64,000 nucleotides of DNA from Flavobacteriaceae bacterium (GCA_022424955.1 JAKMGK010000030.1:6029-70028); one strand, 5' to 3'. Positions 27,499-37,879 are shown, counted from the first letter of the stretch. The notes: generated by a model not told the origin, from the sequence alone. A program made the numbers and translations.

Positions 27499-28794
27499 AT
27501 GAAAAAAGTTTTAACGCTTCTTTATTTCTTTGCTATTTTGTTAGTTGCCTGTACCCCTCTAAACGATGATAGCGCAATGGATATTCCTGAAGTAACTGTT
27601 CCAGAAGATCCTATCCCAGATCCACAAGGACAACCCATTCCTGTGTATACGGCAGAAGTTACACCTTGTGAAGGTGGATTTGCAGGGGAATATCCTTGCT
27701 CAAATTACAATCTGGTTAATCGCATTAATCTGTTTAATCTAGGAACAAACTTTGCGAATGATAACTGGGGTTGGACTGACCCAGAATCTGGAAAAGAATA
27801 TGTTCTTCAAGGGTTAAACAACGGAGTAGCATTTATAGATATTTCAGACCCCGCAGCGATGAGATATATTGGGAAATTACCCACTGCTTCTGAGGAGAGT
27901 ACCTGGAGAGATATCAAAGTGCACAGTAATCACGCCTATGTAGTAAGCGAAGCGCCAGATCATGGATTGCAGGTTTTTGACCTAACACGTTTGAGAAACC
28001 AGACTGAGTTCCAAACCTTTTCTCCAGATGCTGTTTTAAATACTTTTAGCAGCGCACATAATATCGCCATTAATGAATCAACGGGCTATGCTTATGTAAT
28101 TGGCGCTAGGGTAAATGGGGCAGCCTATTATTCTGGAGGGCCAGTTTTTATTGATATTAACGCTCCTGCTGCGCCACAAGAAGTGGGTGGCTATGGTGGG
28201 TCTTCATATACCCACGATGCTCATATTGTGACTTATCAAGGTCCAGACCCTGACTACCAAGGTAGAGAAATCTTATTTGGAAGTAACAGTGATGGAGGGG
28301 AGAACAATAAGGTCGTTGTTTTAGATGTGACAGATAAATCTGCTCCCCGCTTAATTTCTGAAACGACCTATGGCAACGGCGGTTACACTCATCAAGGTTG
28401 GGTTGATCCCGACCAACGCTTCTTTTATTTGGGCGACGAACTTGATGAGATTCGCTATGGTAATAACACCCGTACCCTTGTTTTTGATATGAGTGATTTA
28501 GATAATCCTGTTTTACACTACACCTATGACGGAGTTACAGCGGCCATTGATCACAATGGTTATGTAAAAGATGATGCCCTATTTATTTCTAATTACACCG
28601 CAGGTTTTCGCGAGATTGATATTTCTGATATTACCAATCAAAACATGCAAGAAGTCGGTTTTTTTGATACTTATCCTGAAAATAACAACGCTAGCTTTGA
28701 TGGAGTTTGGAATGTATATCCTTTTTTTAATAGCGGAATAATTGCCATTAGCGATAGTGATCGCGGCCTCTTTTTGGTTCAAAAAAGTAATTAA
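27499..28794 (+). CDS. Choice-of-anchor B / LVIVD-repeat family lipoprotein
   Basis: Lipobox LLVAC. CEGGFAGEYPCSNYNL...GWTDPESGKEYVLQGLNNGVAFIDISDP...WRDIKVHSNHAYVVSEAPDHGLQVFDLTRLR matches my recollection of this family. Confidence 0.65.
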   Translation: MKKVLTLLYFFAILLVACTPLNDDSAMDIPEVTVPEDPIPDPQGQPIPVYTAEVTPCEGGFAGEYPCSNYNLVNRINLFNLGTNFANDNWGWTDPESGKEYVLQGLNNGVAFIDISDPAAMRYIGKLPTASEESTWRDIKVHSNHAYVVSEAPDHGLQVFDLTRLRNQTEFQTFSPDAVLNTFSSAHNIAINESTGYAYVIGARVNGAAYYSGGPVFIDINAPAAPQEVGGYGGSSYTHDAHIVTYQGPDPDYQGREILFGSNSDGGENNKVVVLDVTDKSAPRLISETTYGNGGYTHQGWVDPDQRFFYLGDELDEIRYGNNTRTLVFDMSDLDNPVLHYTYDGVTAAIDHNGYVKDDALFISNYTAGFREIDISDITNQNMQEVGFFDTYPENNNASFDGVWNVYPFFNSGIIAISDSDRGLFLVQKSN

Positions 28795-30147
28795 ATGAAA
28801 CTGCGGTTGCTTTCTCTTTTTGGCTTTCTTCTTTTTGGCGCTTGCGCAAAAAATGGGATAGAAAACACTTTTCCACAACAAGAACGACACAGTCTAGAAT
28901 CACTACAGTTATTTGGCGGAAGCGAGGAAGACATCGCTCATGCCATTATCCCGACCCAAGACGGGGGTTTTGCTGTATTAGGAAACACAAAAAGCATAGA
29001 TGGAGATCTTGACGATAAAACGCTCCCCGTTTCTGACCTTTTACTAATTAAATTCACTGCAGACGCTACACCAGAGTGGCACGCTACCTATGGCGGTTCT
29101 GAAGATGATCGTGGCCATTCTCTTGTTCAATTGTCAGATGGTGGCTATGCTTTATTGGGATATTCCATGAGTCAAGATGGAGATGCCAGCCTTAATCAAG
29201 GGCAACACGATAATTGGGTGATTAGAACCGATGCTACTGGTGGAATCTTATGGGAGAAAAGTTTTGGTTTCTCGGGGCATGACCACGCTTATAACATTGT
29301 TGCAACCCAAGACGGAGGATTATTGTTCAACGGCTTTTTAGACGTGACATCTTCTGGAGGTCAAGGAACAACTTTTCAAAAAGGAGGTTTGAGTGCGCGA
29401 CACGGTGTAGGAGAATTTTGGGTGCATAAAATTAATTTGGAAGGCGAGATAGAATGGCGTCAATATTTTGGCGGAACAAATAACGACCGTTCATATGACT
29501 CGATCGAAACATCTTCAGGAGATTTTATCGTTGTAGGAACATCAGAGAGTGAAGATGTGGATATCTCGAATCCTCATGGAGGATATGATATATGGGTGAT
29601 CAAATTAGACCAAGAAGGGAATTTGATTTGGGAGCGTTCTTTTGGCGGAAGTCAATACGACGCCGCTAATGCCGTGACCCTTGATCAAGCAGAAAATATT
29701 TATGTATTTGGGAATACTTTTAGCGAAGATCAGGATGTTTCTTCTCCCTTAGGTCAATCGGATATGTGGTTAATTTCTTTAAATCAAAATGGAGATTTAA
29801 TTACTGAGCGAAGCTTTGGGGGCTCTGGCTTTGATATGGGTCGTGACTTAGCCTTTAACACTCAAGGAGAGCTATGGCTAGTGGGTTACAGCCAAAGTGA
29901 GGACATTGATTTCTCACGTAATTCAGGAGATAACGATATAGCTCTCTTACAATTGGATCAAAATTTATTTCCACAGCAACATTTTAATTTGGGCGGAAAT
30001 GGTCTTGACATCGCCCATGCAGTGCTTCCTCTTGAAGGCGGGAGATTATTGGTAGTAGGGACTTCAGAAAGCCAAAATGGGCTATTTCTCAACAACAGGG
30101 GAGGTAAAGATATCTTTATCGCCTTATGGGATGTTGTTTTAGAATAA
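28795..30147 (+). CDS. Lipoprotein with seven ~55-aa repeats (predicted 7-bladed beta-propeller, SBBP-like)
   Basis: Lipobox LFGAC. The repeat pattern [F/Y]GGSxxDxxxxhhxxxDGGhhhhGxTxSxDxD...D.W[VL]I.L recurs 7 times. Confidence 0.7.
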   Translation: MKLRLLSLFGFLLFGACAKNGIENTFPQQERHSLESLQLFGGSEEDIAHAIIPTQDGGFAVLGNTKSIDGDLDDKTLPVSDLLLIKFTADATPEWHATYGGSEDDRGHSLVQLSDGGYALLGYSMSQDGDASLNQGQHDNWVIRTDATGGILWEKSFGFSGHDHAYNIVATQDGGLLFNGFLDVTSSGGQGTTFQKGGLSARHGVGEFWVHKINLEGEIEWRQYFGGTNNDRSYDSIETSSGDFIVVGTSESEDVDISNPHGGYDIWVIKLDQEGNLIWERSFGGSQYDAANAVTLDQAENIYVFGNTFSEDQDVSSPLGQSDMWLISLNQNGDLITERSFGGSGFDMGRDLAFNTQGELWLVGYSQSEDIDFSRNSGDNDIALLQLDQNLFPQQHFNLGGNGLDIAHAVLPLEGGRLLVVGTSESQNGLFLNNRGGKDIFIALWDVVLE

Positions 30148-30199
30148 TTCTATTGACTTTATCTATGGTTAAACAAGCGTGATAGTGGGTGAAATGAAC

Positions 30200-30207
30200 T
30201 ATATTTG
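30200..30207 (+). promoter_or_regulatory. Bacteroidetes-type -7 promoter box for the suf operon
   Basis: TATATTTG lies 30 nt upstream of the ATG at 30237. Confidence 0.45.
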
Positions 30208-30236
30208 TACCAAAATTAGAAAACGATTATTTATCC

Positions 30237-30566
30237 ATGATTAAGGTAGCTTCATCAGCGAAAGAAAAAGTATCTGTTTTAATGCAGGAAGAAGGCTTTG
30301 ACCCCAGTGCAGCTTATGTACGAGTTGGGGTGAAAAGTGGTGGCTGTTCTGGCTTGTCCTATGACCTTTCTTTTGATGCAGAAAAGCAAGAAAACGATCA
30401 GCTTTTTGAAGATAACAATGTTAAGATAGTGGTAGATAAGAAAAGTTTACTTTACCTCGTGGGTACGACTTTAGAATATTCTGGTGGTCTCAACGGGAAA
30501 GGTTTTGTCTTTAACAATCCTAACGCGAATAGAACCTGTGGTTGTGGAGAAAGTTTTTCGCTCTAA
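30237..30566 (+). CDS. sufA: Fe-S cluster assembly A-type carrier (IscA/SufA/HesB family)
   Basis: GGCSGLSY...CGCGESFSL conserved Cys triad. The product is 109 aa. Confidence 0.9.
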   Translation: MIKVASSAKEKVSVLMQEEGFDPSAAYVRVGVKSGGCSGLSYDLSFDAEKQENDQLFEDNNVKIVVDKKSLLYLVGTTLEYSGGLNGKGFVFNNPNANRTCGCGESFSL

Positions 30567-30581
30567 AAAGAAAGAAGGCAT

Positions 30582-32027
30582 ATGGCATATACGGAAGAAG
30601 AATTAAAGAAAGAGCTCGAAACAAAAGAGTATGAGTACGGTTTCTATACCGATATAGAATCAGATACTTTACCCATAGGATTAAACGAAGATATTGTTCG
30701 TGCCATTTCAAAACGCAAACATGAACCAGAGTGGATGACACAGTGGCGTCTTGAAGCTTTTGCGGCCTGGAAACAAATGGAAGAGCCAGAATGGGCAAAT
30801 GTACACTACAAAAAACCCGATTTCCAAGCGATATCCTATTACTCTGCTCCAAAGAAAAAAGACAAATATGAAAGCTTAGATGAGGTTGATCCAGAATTAT
30901 TAGAAACATTTAATAAACTGGGAATTTCAATCGATGAACAAAAGAAATTAGCCGGAGTAGCGGTAGATATTGTGATGGACTCTGTTTCTGTCGCCACTAC
31001 TTTCCGCGATACCTTAGCCGAAAAAGGCATTATTTTTTGTTCTATTTCAGAAGCCATTAAAGATTATCCAGAATTGGTGAAAAAGTACATCGGTTCTGTC
31101 ATCCCTATCAAAGATAACTTTTATGCCGCCTTGAATTCTGCGGTATTTTCTGACGGGTCATTTTGTTATATTCCAAAGGGCGTAAGATGTCCCATGGAGC
31201 TATCGACCTATTTTAGAATCAATCAAGCAGGGACAGGTCAATTTGAGCGTACCCTTGTAATTGCAGATGAAGGAAGCTATGTTTCTTACCTAGAAGGCTG
31301 TACAGCGCCGTCAAGAGATGAAAATCAATTGCACGCTGCTTGTGTAGAGTTGATTGCCCTTGACGATGCCGAAATAAAATATTCAACGGTTCAAAACTGG
31401 TTCCCTGGAGATAAAGAAGGAAAAGGTGGAGTCTTTAATTTTGTAACCAAACGTGGAATTTGCCACACCAACGCTAAAATATCTTGGACCCAAGTAGAAA
31501 CGGGTTCTGCCGTGACCTGGAAATATCCCTCTTGTATTTTAAAAGGAGATAACTCAATTGGAGAATTTTACTCTATCGCCGTGACGAATAATTATCAGCA
31601 AGCAGATACAGGAACAAAAATGGTTCACATTGGAAAGAACACCCGTTCGACCATTATTTCAAAAGGGATCTCTGCTGGGAAATCACAAAATAGCTACCGT
31701 GGCTTGGTGCAAGTCAACCCTAAAGCAAAAAATGCCCGAAACTTCTCTCAATGTGATTCTCTCTTGATGGGGAATGATTGTGGTGCGCATACTTTTCCTT
31801 ACATAGAGGCGCGAAACAATTCGGCACAAATTGAGCATGAAGCAACCACTAGCAAGATTGGAGAAGATCAAATCTTCTACTGCAATCAACGCGGGATTGA
31901 TACAGAAAAAGCCATTGCACTTATTGTAAATGGATTTAGTAAGGAAGTACTGAATAAACTTCCCATGGAATTTGCCGTTGAGGCGCAAAAACTATTAGAA
32001 ATCTCCCTCGAAGGATCAGTAGGGTAA
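30582..32027 (+). CDS. sufB: Fe-S cluster assembly scaffold SufB
   Basis: 481 aa with [23 protein letters not shown] and a conserved C-terminal beta-helix region. Confidence 0.95.
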   Translation: MAYTEEELKKELETKEYEYGFYTDIESDTLPIGLNEDIVRAISKRKHEPEWMTQWRLEAFAAWKQMEEPEWANVHYKKPDFQAISYYSAPKKKDKYESLDEVDPELLETFNKLGISIDEQKKLAGVAVDIVMDSVSVATTFRDTLAEKGIIFCSISEAIKDYPELVKKYIGSVIPIKDNFYAALNSAVFSDGSFCYIPKGVRCPMELSTYFRINQAGTGQFERTLVIADEGSYVSYLEGCTAPSRDENQLHAACVELIALDDAEIKYSTVQNWFPGDKEGKGGVFNFVTKRGICHTNAKISWTQVETGSAVTWKYPSCILKGDNSIGEFYSIAVTNNYQQADTGTKMVHIGKNTRSTIISKGISAGKSQNSYRGLVQVNPKAKNARNFSQCDSLLMGNDCGAHTFPYIEARNNSAQIEHEATTSKIGEDQIFYCNQRGIDTEKAIALIVNGFSKEVLNKLPMEFAVEAQKLLEISLEGSVG

Positions 32028-32039
32028 TCGATCAACTAT

Positions 32040-32789
32040 ATGCTTACAGTAAATGAACTACACGCTAGTGTAGAAGAAAAAGAAATTTTAAAAGGAATCA
32101 ACCTGCAAGTAAACCCAGGGGAGGTACACGCGATTATGGGGCCAAATGGCTCTGGAAAAAGTACCCTCTCTACTGTGATTGCTGGCCACGAAGATTATGA
32201 AGTTGAAAAAGGAAATATTCTTTTTGATGGGGAAGATCTAGCCGAACTCGATGCAGAACAACGCGCCCATAAAGGAATCTTTTTATCGTTCCAATATCCA
32301 GTAGAGATTCCTGGAGTAACAGTGACAAATTTTATCAAAACTGCGATCAACGCTTCTAGAAAAGCGCAAGGTTTAGAAGATATGCCTGCGAACGAGATGC
32401 TCAAAAAGATTAGAGAGAAAGCAGCCCTATTAGAGATTGACTCAAAATTCTTGTCCCGATCGTTAAATGAAGGTTTTTCTGGTGGAGAAAAGAAGCGTAA
32501 CGAAATCTTCCAGCTAGCAATGCTTGAACCTAAACTGGCCATCTTAGATGAAACTGATTCTGGTCTAGATATAGACGCTTTAAAGATTGTTGCAAACGGT
32601 GTAAATAAATTAAAAAACAAAGACAATGCAGTAGTCGTGATTACACACTACCAGCGTTTATTAGATTATATCGTGCCAGATTATGTACACGTTTTATACA
32701 ACGGTCGCATTGTAAAATCTGGAACCAAAGAACTAGCGCACGAATTAGAAGCGAAAGGATACGACTGGATCAAACAAGAGCTTGCCTAA
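32040..32789 (+). CDS. sufC: Fe-S cluster assembly ATPase SufC
   Basis: Walker A GPNGSGKST, signature FSGGEKKR, Walker B LAILDETDSGLD. Confidence 0.95.
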   Translation: MLTVNELHASVEEKEILKGINLQVNPGEVHAIMGPNGSGKSTLSTVIAGHEDYEVEKGNILFDGEDLAELDAEQRAHKGIFLSFQYPVEIPGVTVTNFIKTAINASRKAQGLEDMPANEMLKKIREKAALLEIDSKFLSRSLNEGFSGGEKKRNEIFQLAMLEPKLAILDETDSGLDIDALKIVANGVNKLKNKDNAVVVITHYQRLLDYIVPDYVHVLYNGRIVKSGTKELAHELEAKGYDWIKQELA

Positions 32790-32790
32790 G

Positions 32791-34107
32791 ATGGAGTTAA
32801 AAGAAAAAATGCTATCCTCTTTCATGGTGTTGGAGCAAGAGTTAGACTTGAGCTCTCCCGTGCATGATATTCGTTCTGAAAGCCTCAAGACTTTTGAAGA
32901 AAAAGGCTTTCCAACAAACAAGCTCGAAGCATGGAAGTATACTTCTATCGCAAAGCTATTAAAAAACGATTACAGCCTTTTCCCCAAGAAGGAAACCACC
33001 ATTGAATTAAAAGACGTTAAAAAATACTTTTTATACGAAATTGACTCTTATAAAGTAGTTTTTATCGATGGGATTTATAGTCCGTTCTTGTCTGATACCA
33101 CCCACGATGGAATCGATGTTTGCTTACTATCTGCCGCCTTGTCGAAGCCCAAATACAAAAAAATTATAGACAAGTTCTTCAATCAAGTTGCCGATAAAGA
33201 AGAAAACTTAACGGCTTTGAATACTTCCTTTGCAAAAGAGGGAGCCTACATTTATATTCCTAAATCTGTTGTTGCAGAAAAGCCTATACAGATCATTCAC
33301 TTCTCTACAGGAGAGCAGGGTGACTTTATGTTGCAACCACGTTCTCTTGTGGTGGCCGAAGAAAATGCACAGGTGCAAATCATTGAACGCCATCAAAGTC
33401 TAGCAGAGCATGCAGTATGGACTAATGCTGTAACAGAAATCTTTGCCGATAAGAACGCTATTGTTGATTATTACAAAATCCAAAACGATCGCCACGATGC
33501 GTCGCTTGTAGATAATACCTATATCGCACAACAAAGCAGCAGTAATGTAAAAGTCCACACTTTCTCTTTTGGCGGAAAATTGACGAGAAATAATTTGAAC
33601 TTCTATCAAAAGGGAGAACATATTGATTCTACCATGAAAGGAATCACCATTATAGAAGACCAACAACATGTTGATCACTATACCCTAGTGAATCACGAAC
33701 AACCCAATTGCGAGAGTCATCAAGACTATAAAGGAATTTATTCTGATAAAGCAGTAGGTGTCTTTAACGGGAAGATCTATGTTGATCAAATTGCCCAGAA
33801 GACCAACGCATTTCAGCAAAACAACAATATTTTACTAGACGATAAAGCCACGATAAACACAAAACCACAACTAGAGATTTTTGCAGATGATGTAAAATGT
33901 TCTCACGGTTGTACCATTGGACAGTTAGACGAAGACGCTTTGTTTTACCTTCGCACCCGTGGGATTCCTAAAAAGGAAGCCAAAGGTTTACTCACCTATG
34001 CCTTTGCGAATAATGTCTTGGAAAGTGTAGCTATACCTGCGCTTAAAACAAGAATTAATAAGTTGATAGCGATGAAATTAGGGGTTGAAACAGGGTATGA
34101 CTTATAA
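32791..34107 (+). CDS. sufD: Fe-S cluster assembly protein SufD
   Basis: SufB/D-family C-terminal region (PQLEIFADDVKCSHGCTIGQLDEDALFYLRTRGI). ATG 32791 is preferred over TTG 32782. Confidence 0.9.
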   Translation: MELKEKMLSSFMVLEQELDLSSPVHDIRSESLKTFEEKGFPTNKLEAWKYTSIAKLLKNDYSLFPKKETTIELKDVKKYFLYEIDSYKVVFIDGIYSPFLSDTTHDGIDVCLLSAALSKPKYKKIIDKFFNQVADKEENLTALNTSFAKEGAYIYIPKSVVAEKPIQIIHFSTGEQGDFMLQPRSLVVAEENAQVQIIERHQSLAEHAVWTNAVTEIFADKNAIVDYYKIQNDRHDASLVDNTYIAQQSSSNVKVHTFSFGGKLTRNNLNFYQKGEHIDSTMKGITIIEDQQHVDHYTLVNHEQPNCESHQDYKGIYSDKAVGVFNGKIYVDQIAQKTNAFQQNNNILLDDKATINTKPQLEIFADDVKCSHGCTIGQLDEDALFYLRTRGIPKKEAKGLLTYAFANNVLESVAIPALKTRINKLIAMKLGVETGYDL

Positions 34108-35323
34108 GGCATTAGACATCCAAAAAATCCGTTCGGATTTTCCTATTCTTCAGCGCGAAGTAAATGGCCAAGCCTTGGTCTATTTTGACAACGCGGCCAC
34201 TTCACAAACCCCCCAGCAAGTCATTGGTGTGATTGTTGACTATTACAGTCAATACAATGCGAATATTCACCGCGGGGTTCACAGTTTAAGTCAAGAAGCG
34301 ACAGATGCTTATGAGCAGGCACGCAAAAAGGTGCAACAACATTTTAATGCAGCAAAGTTGCATGAGATTATCCTTACTTCTGGCACCACTCATAGCATTA
34401 ATATAATTGCTTCGGGCTATAGCGAGATTTTAAAAGCTGGTGATGAGCTTGTTGTCTCTACAATGGAGCACCATTCTAATATAGTGCCCTGGCAAATGTT
34501 ATGCGAAAAAACTGGGGCGGTCTTAAAGGTAATCCCCATGACCCAACAAGGGACACTGGATATGAAAACCTTTGATAGCCTATTGAATGCCAACACAAAA
34601 CTCGTCTTTGTCAACCACGTTTCTAACGCTTTAGGGACTGTCAATCCCATTGAAAAAATCATTACAAAGGCCCATACAGTAGGGGCAAAAGTTTTAATCG
34701 ATGGTGCACAAGCAGCCCCACATATCAAGGCAAATGTACAAGCTTTAGATATTGATTATTATGTGACTTCTGCCCATAAATTATGCGGGCCAACTGGAGT
34801 AGGAATGCTCTACGGAAAAGAAGAATTACTCAAACTTCTACCCCCTTATCAAGGAGGAGGAGAAATGATTGCAGAGGTGACCTTTGAAAAAACCACCTAT
34901 GCCGACTTGCCGCATAAGTTTGAAGCTGGTACACCTAATATTGCGGGCGGTATTGCCTTTGGCGCAGCCTTAGACTATATGAATGCCATTGGTTTTGACG
35001 CCATTGCTGCCTATGAGCAAGAATTATTAGATCATGGGACTGCAGAGCTCAAAGCAATTGAAGGGGTTGAAATTTATGGCGAAGCCGACGAAAAAACTGC
35101 CGTGATTTCTTTTAATGTCAAGGGGATACACCCTTATGATATTGGGAGTATCTTAGACAAAATGGGGATAGCCGTTCGCACGGGACATCACTGTGCACAA
35201 CCCATTATGGACTATTACCAGATTCCGGGAACAGTTCGAGCGTCGTTTTCTTTTTACAATACCAAAGAAGAAATTGACCAAATGATTGTTGCGCTAAAAC
35301 GCTCCATCGCGATGTTGCAATAA
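34097..35323 (+). CDS. sufS: Cysteine desulfurase SufS (group II)
   Basis: PLP-Lys motif SAHKLCGPTGVG and catalytic Cys loop RTGHHCAQP. ATG 34097 overlaps the sufD end by 11 nt. Confidence 0.95.
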   Translation: MTYKALDIQKIRSDFPILQREVNGQALVYFDNAATSQTPQQVIGVIVDYYSQYNANIHRGVHSLSQEATDAYEQARKKVQQHFNAAKLHEIILTSGTTHSINIIASGYSEILKAGDELVVSTMEHHSNIVPWQMLCEKTGAVLKVIPMTQQGTLDMKTFDSLLNANTKLVFVNHVSNALGTVNPIEKIITKAHTVGAKVLIDGAQAAPHIKANVQALDIDYYVTSAHKLCGPTGVGMLYGKEELLKLLPPYQGGGEMIAEVTFEKTTYADLPHKFEAGTPNIAGGIAFGAALDYMNAIGFDAIAAYEQELLDHGTAELKAIEGVEIYGEADEKTAVISFNVKGIHPYDIGSILDKMGIAVRTGHHCAQPIMDYYQIPGTVRASFSFYNTKEEIDQMIVALKRSIAMLQ

Positions 35324-35327
35324 ATCG

Positions 35328-35335
35328 TATCTTTG
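35328..35335 (+). promoter_or_regulatory. Possible internal -7 promoter box before sufE
   Basis: TATCTTTG ends 7 nt upstream of the ATG at 35343. Confidence 0.3.
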
Positions 35336-35342
35336 TGAGGCT

Positions 35343-35765
35343 ATGACCATACAAGAAACCCAACAAGAAATTATCGAAGAATTCAGCCTTTTTGAAGACT
35401 GGATGCAACGTTATGAATACATGATCGAGCTAGGGAAATCCCTACCCATCATCCCAGAAGAATTTAAAACAGACGACAATATTATCAAAGGTTGTCAAAG
35501 TAAAGTCTGGGTTCACGCTCAATTAGATCAAGATAAACTGCAATTTTCTGCAGATAGTGACGCGATTATCACCAAAGGGATTATCGCCATCTTAATTCGC
35601 GCTTTCTCTAATCAACATCCCAAAGATATTTTAGCCGCCGATACCGATTTTATCGATGAAATCGGTTTAAAAGAACATTTATCGCCCACGCGAGCAAATG
35701 GATTGGTCTCTATGATCAAGCAAATTAAATTATACGCCATTGCCTTTCAAACGCAACTCAACTAA
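35343..35765 (+). CDS. sufE: SufE-family sulfur acceptor
   Basis: 140 aa with the conserved Cys in IKGCQSKVW. Confidence 0.85.
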   Translation: MTIQETQQEIIEEFSLFEDWMQRYEYMIELGKSLPIIPEEFKTDDNIIKGCQSKVWVHAQLDQDKLQFSADSDAIITKGIIAILIRAFSNQHPKDILAADTDFIDEIGLKEHLSPTRANGLVSMIKQIKLYAIAFQTQLN

Positions 35766-35767
35766 TT

Positions 35768-36094
35768 ATGTCAGAAGCAACAATTGATACCCACGACCTA
35801 GGCGAGAAAATCGTCAAAGTGCTCAAGACCATTTTTGATCCAGAAATCCCAGTAGATATATATGAGTTAGGGTTAATCTATGACGTTTTTGTGAACGAAG
35901 ATCAGGAGGTGAAAATTTTGATGACCCTTACTACCCCTAACTGCCCTGTAGCAGAAACCTTACCGGTTGAGGTAGAAGAAAAAGTCAAGTCAATTAATGA
36001 GGTAAAAGATGCCGAAGTAGAGATTACTTTTGATCCACCTTGGACACAAGAATTGATGAGTGAAGAAGCTAAGCTAGAACTAGGATTTTTATAA
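35768..36094 (+). CDS. SUF-system DUF59 (SufT/MIP18-like) Fe-S assembly protein
   Basis: IFDPEIPVDIYELGLIY...TLTTPNCPVAE motif. The product is 108 aa. Confidence 0.85.
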   Translation: MSEATIDTHDLGEKIVKVLKTIFDPEIPVDIYELGLIYDVFVNEDQEVKILMTLTTPNCPVAETLPVEVEEKVKSINEVKDAEVEITFDPPWTQELMSEEAKLELGFL

Positions 36095-36095
36095 T

Positions 36096-36599
36096 ATGTC
36101 TGGTGAAATTGTCAATAGAGTGGCAAAAAGTCCTTTGATCACTTTTGATCTAGAGGAACACTATCCAGAAGGGAAGAGAGTTGCTTTAGACCTAAGCCAG
36201 TGGTTAGAACAAGGCTTTATTTTACGTGAAAAAGAGTTTAGAGCTGTATTAAAAAGTGTTGATTTTTCGGTTTATCAAGACAGCTATGTCGCCTTGTATT
36301 GTTCTACAGATGCGCTATTGCCTGCCTGGGCAAACCTTTTAGTGACCACTTATCTTCAACCTATCGCAAAGAAAGTAATTTGGGGCTCTTTAGCAGAATT
36401 AGAAAACTTTATTTTTCAAGATTTAATACAGTCGCTTCCAGTAACGCCCTATAAAAATAAGCCTGTGATCATTAAAGGTTGTGCAGATAAAATCATTCCT
36501 CCTTCGGCATTTATTGCTTTGGTGGAAAAATTACAGCCCCATGTCAAAAGCTTAATGTATGGGGAAGCCTGTTCTTCTGTACCTTTGTATAAAAAGTAA
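36096..36599 (+). CDS. DUF2480-family protein (commonly follows suf genes in Bacteroidetes)
   Basis: 167 aa. Its position and N-terminus (IVNRVAKSPLITFDLEEHYP) match my recollection of DUF2480. Confidence 0.6.
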   Translation: MSGEIVNRVAKSPLITFDLEEHYPEGKRVALDLSQWLEQGFILREKEFRAVLKSVDFSVYQDSYVALYCSTDALLPAWANLLVTTYLQPIAKKVIWGSLAELENFIFQDLIQSLPVTPYKNKPVIIKGCADKIIPPSAFIALVEKLQPHVKSLMYGEACSSVPLYKK

Positions 36600-36601
36600 G
36601 C

Positions 36602-37879
36602 TTGTCTGTTTCAAAAAAAGTATTGATTCTTAGCTATTACTGGCCGCCCTCTGGTGGCTCTGGAGTCCAACGTTGGATGTATTTTGCTAAGTACCTCAAG
36701 GAATTGGGCTGGGAACCCATCGTTATCACCGTGGACGAAAAGCAAGCCGCTTACCCACAGTTAGACCAAAGTCTTTTAAAAGAAGTAGAGGGGATTAGGG
36801 TAATTAAAACCGCTACACGTGAACCTTTGCGGTTGTATTCTCGCTTAATTAGTGGAAAAGCTGCGAAAGGAATTCCTCAAGGGGAGGTCAATACCAAAAG
36901 CTTTTTTGGGAAATTAGCCGCTTATATTCGTGGAAATTACTTTATTCCAGATGCGCGAAAAGGCTGGGTGCCTTTTGCTGTCAAGGCAGCACAAAAATTG
37001 CTTGAGCAAGAAAACATAGAACATTTTATTACGACAGGCCCCCCGCATTCAACCCATATAGCAGGTTTACAATTGATTGATCTTTTTCAATTGAATTGGT
37101 GGGTGGATTTTCGCGATCCGTGGACTGATGTCTTTTACAATAAACAAATGCGTCAAAGTAGAAGGAGTCAAGCTAAAGACGCTCAACTAGAAAAGGCCGT
37201 GCTTGAAAAGGCGAGTGGGGTAATTACCACCATAGGAGGGGAGTTGCACCAAAGTCTAAAAGCAAAAGTACCCCATCAAAAGTTTGTTACACTAGCGAAC
37301 GGCTTTGATGAAGCGCTAATGAATAACATAGTTTCTCTTCCTCCAAAAGATGTTTTTCATGTTGTATATACTGGTTTGCTTACTCAGCAGCAAGCCTATC
37401 CTTCTATCCTTAAAGCATTGTTACAATTAAAAGGAGACCGTCCTATTCGTTTTTCTTTGGCGGGGAATATTTCTGATAGTATCTTAAAGGAAATTCGCTC
37501 TGCTTTACCACATGTCAAGGTAGTTTATCACGGTTATCTAGACCATGCGGCCGCCATTGCTCTAATGAAAAGTGGACACCTATTACTGAATTTTATTTTT
37601 GCGGGTTCTACCACTCAAATGATTTCAGGTAAATTATTAGAATATTTTGCTACACAGGTTCCAGTGCTTTCTATTGGAGATCCGCTTTCTGCCGCAGGCG
37701 AATTTATTACCCAAGGGAGTTGTGCTAAAATGATCGAGCGTGAAGATCAGGTCGCGATACACGGGTTTATTCAAGCCCTATATGAGGTAAATAAATCCCA
37801 AAAGAATGAAATGGATAAGCTTGATCAATGGAGTAGAAAATCGATTACTCAGCATTTAATCAAAACAGTTCTTTCTTAA
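36602..37879 (+). CDS. Glycosyltransferase (GT4-like)
   Basis: TTG start. N-terminus KVLILSYYWPPSGGSGVQRW and a two-Rossmann-domain size of 425 aa. Confidence 0.65.
   Translation: MSVSKKVLILSYYWPPSGGSGVQRWMYFAKYLKELGWEPIVITVDEKQAAYPQLDQSLLKEVEGIRVIKTATREPLRLYSRLISGKAAKGIPQGEVNTKSFFGKLAAYIRGNYFIPDARKGWVPFAVKAAQKLLEQENIEHFITTGPPHSTHIAGLQLIDLFQLNWWVDFRDPWTDVFYNKQMRQSRRSQAKDAQLEKAVLEKASGVITTIGGELHQSLKAKVPHQKFVTLANGFDEALMNNIVSLPPKDVFHVVYTGLLTQQQAYPSILKALLQLKGDRPIRFSLAGNISDSILKEIRSALPHVKVVYHGYLDHAAAIALMKSGHLLLNFIFAGSTTQMISGKLLEYFATQVPVLSIGDPLSAAGEFITQGSCAKMIEREDQVAIHGFIQALYEVNKSQKNEMDKLDQWSRKSITQHLIKTVLS

Noticed and set aside
30520-30909. 129-aa minus-strand ORF
   Set aside because: It is antisense to sufA and sufB, whose identity is unambiguous. 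It is a shadow ORF.
32195-32626. 143-aa minus-strand ORF
   Set aside because: It is antisense to sufC, where the Walker A, signature and Walker B motifs are all present on the plus strand.
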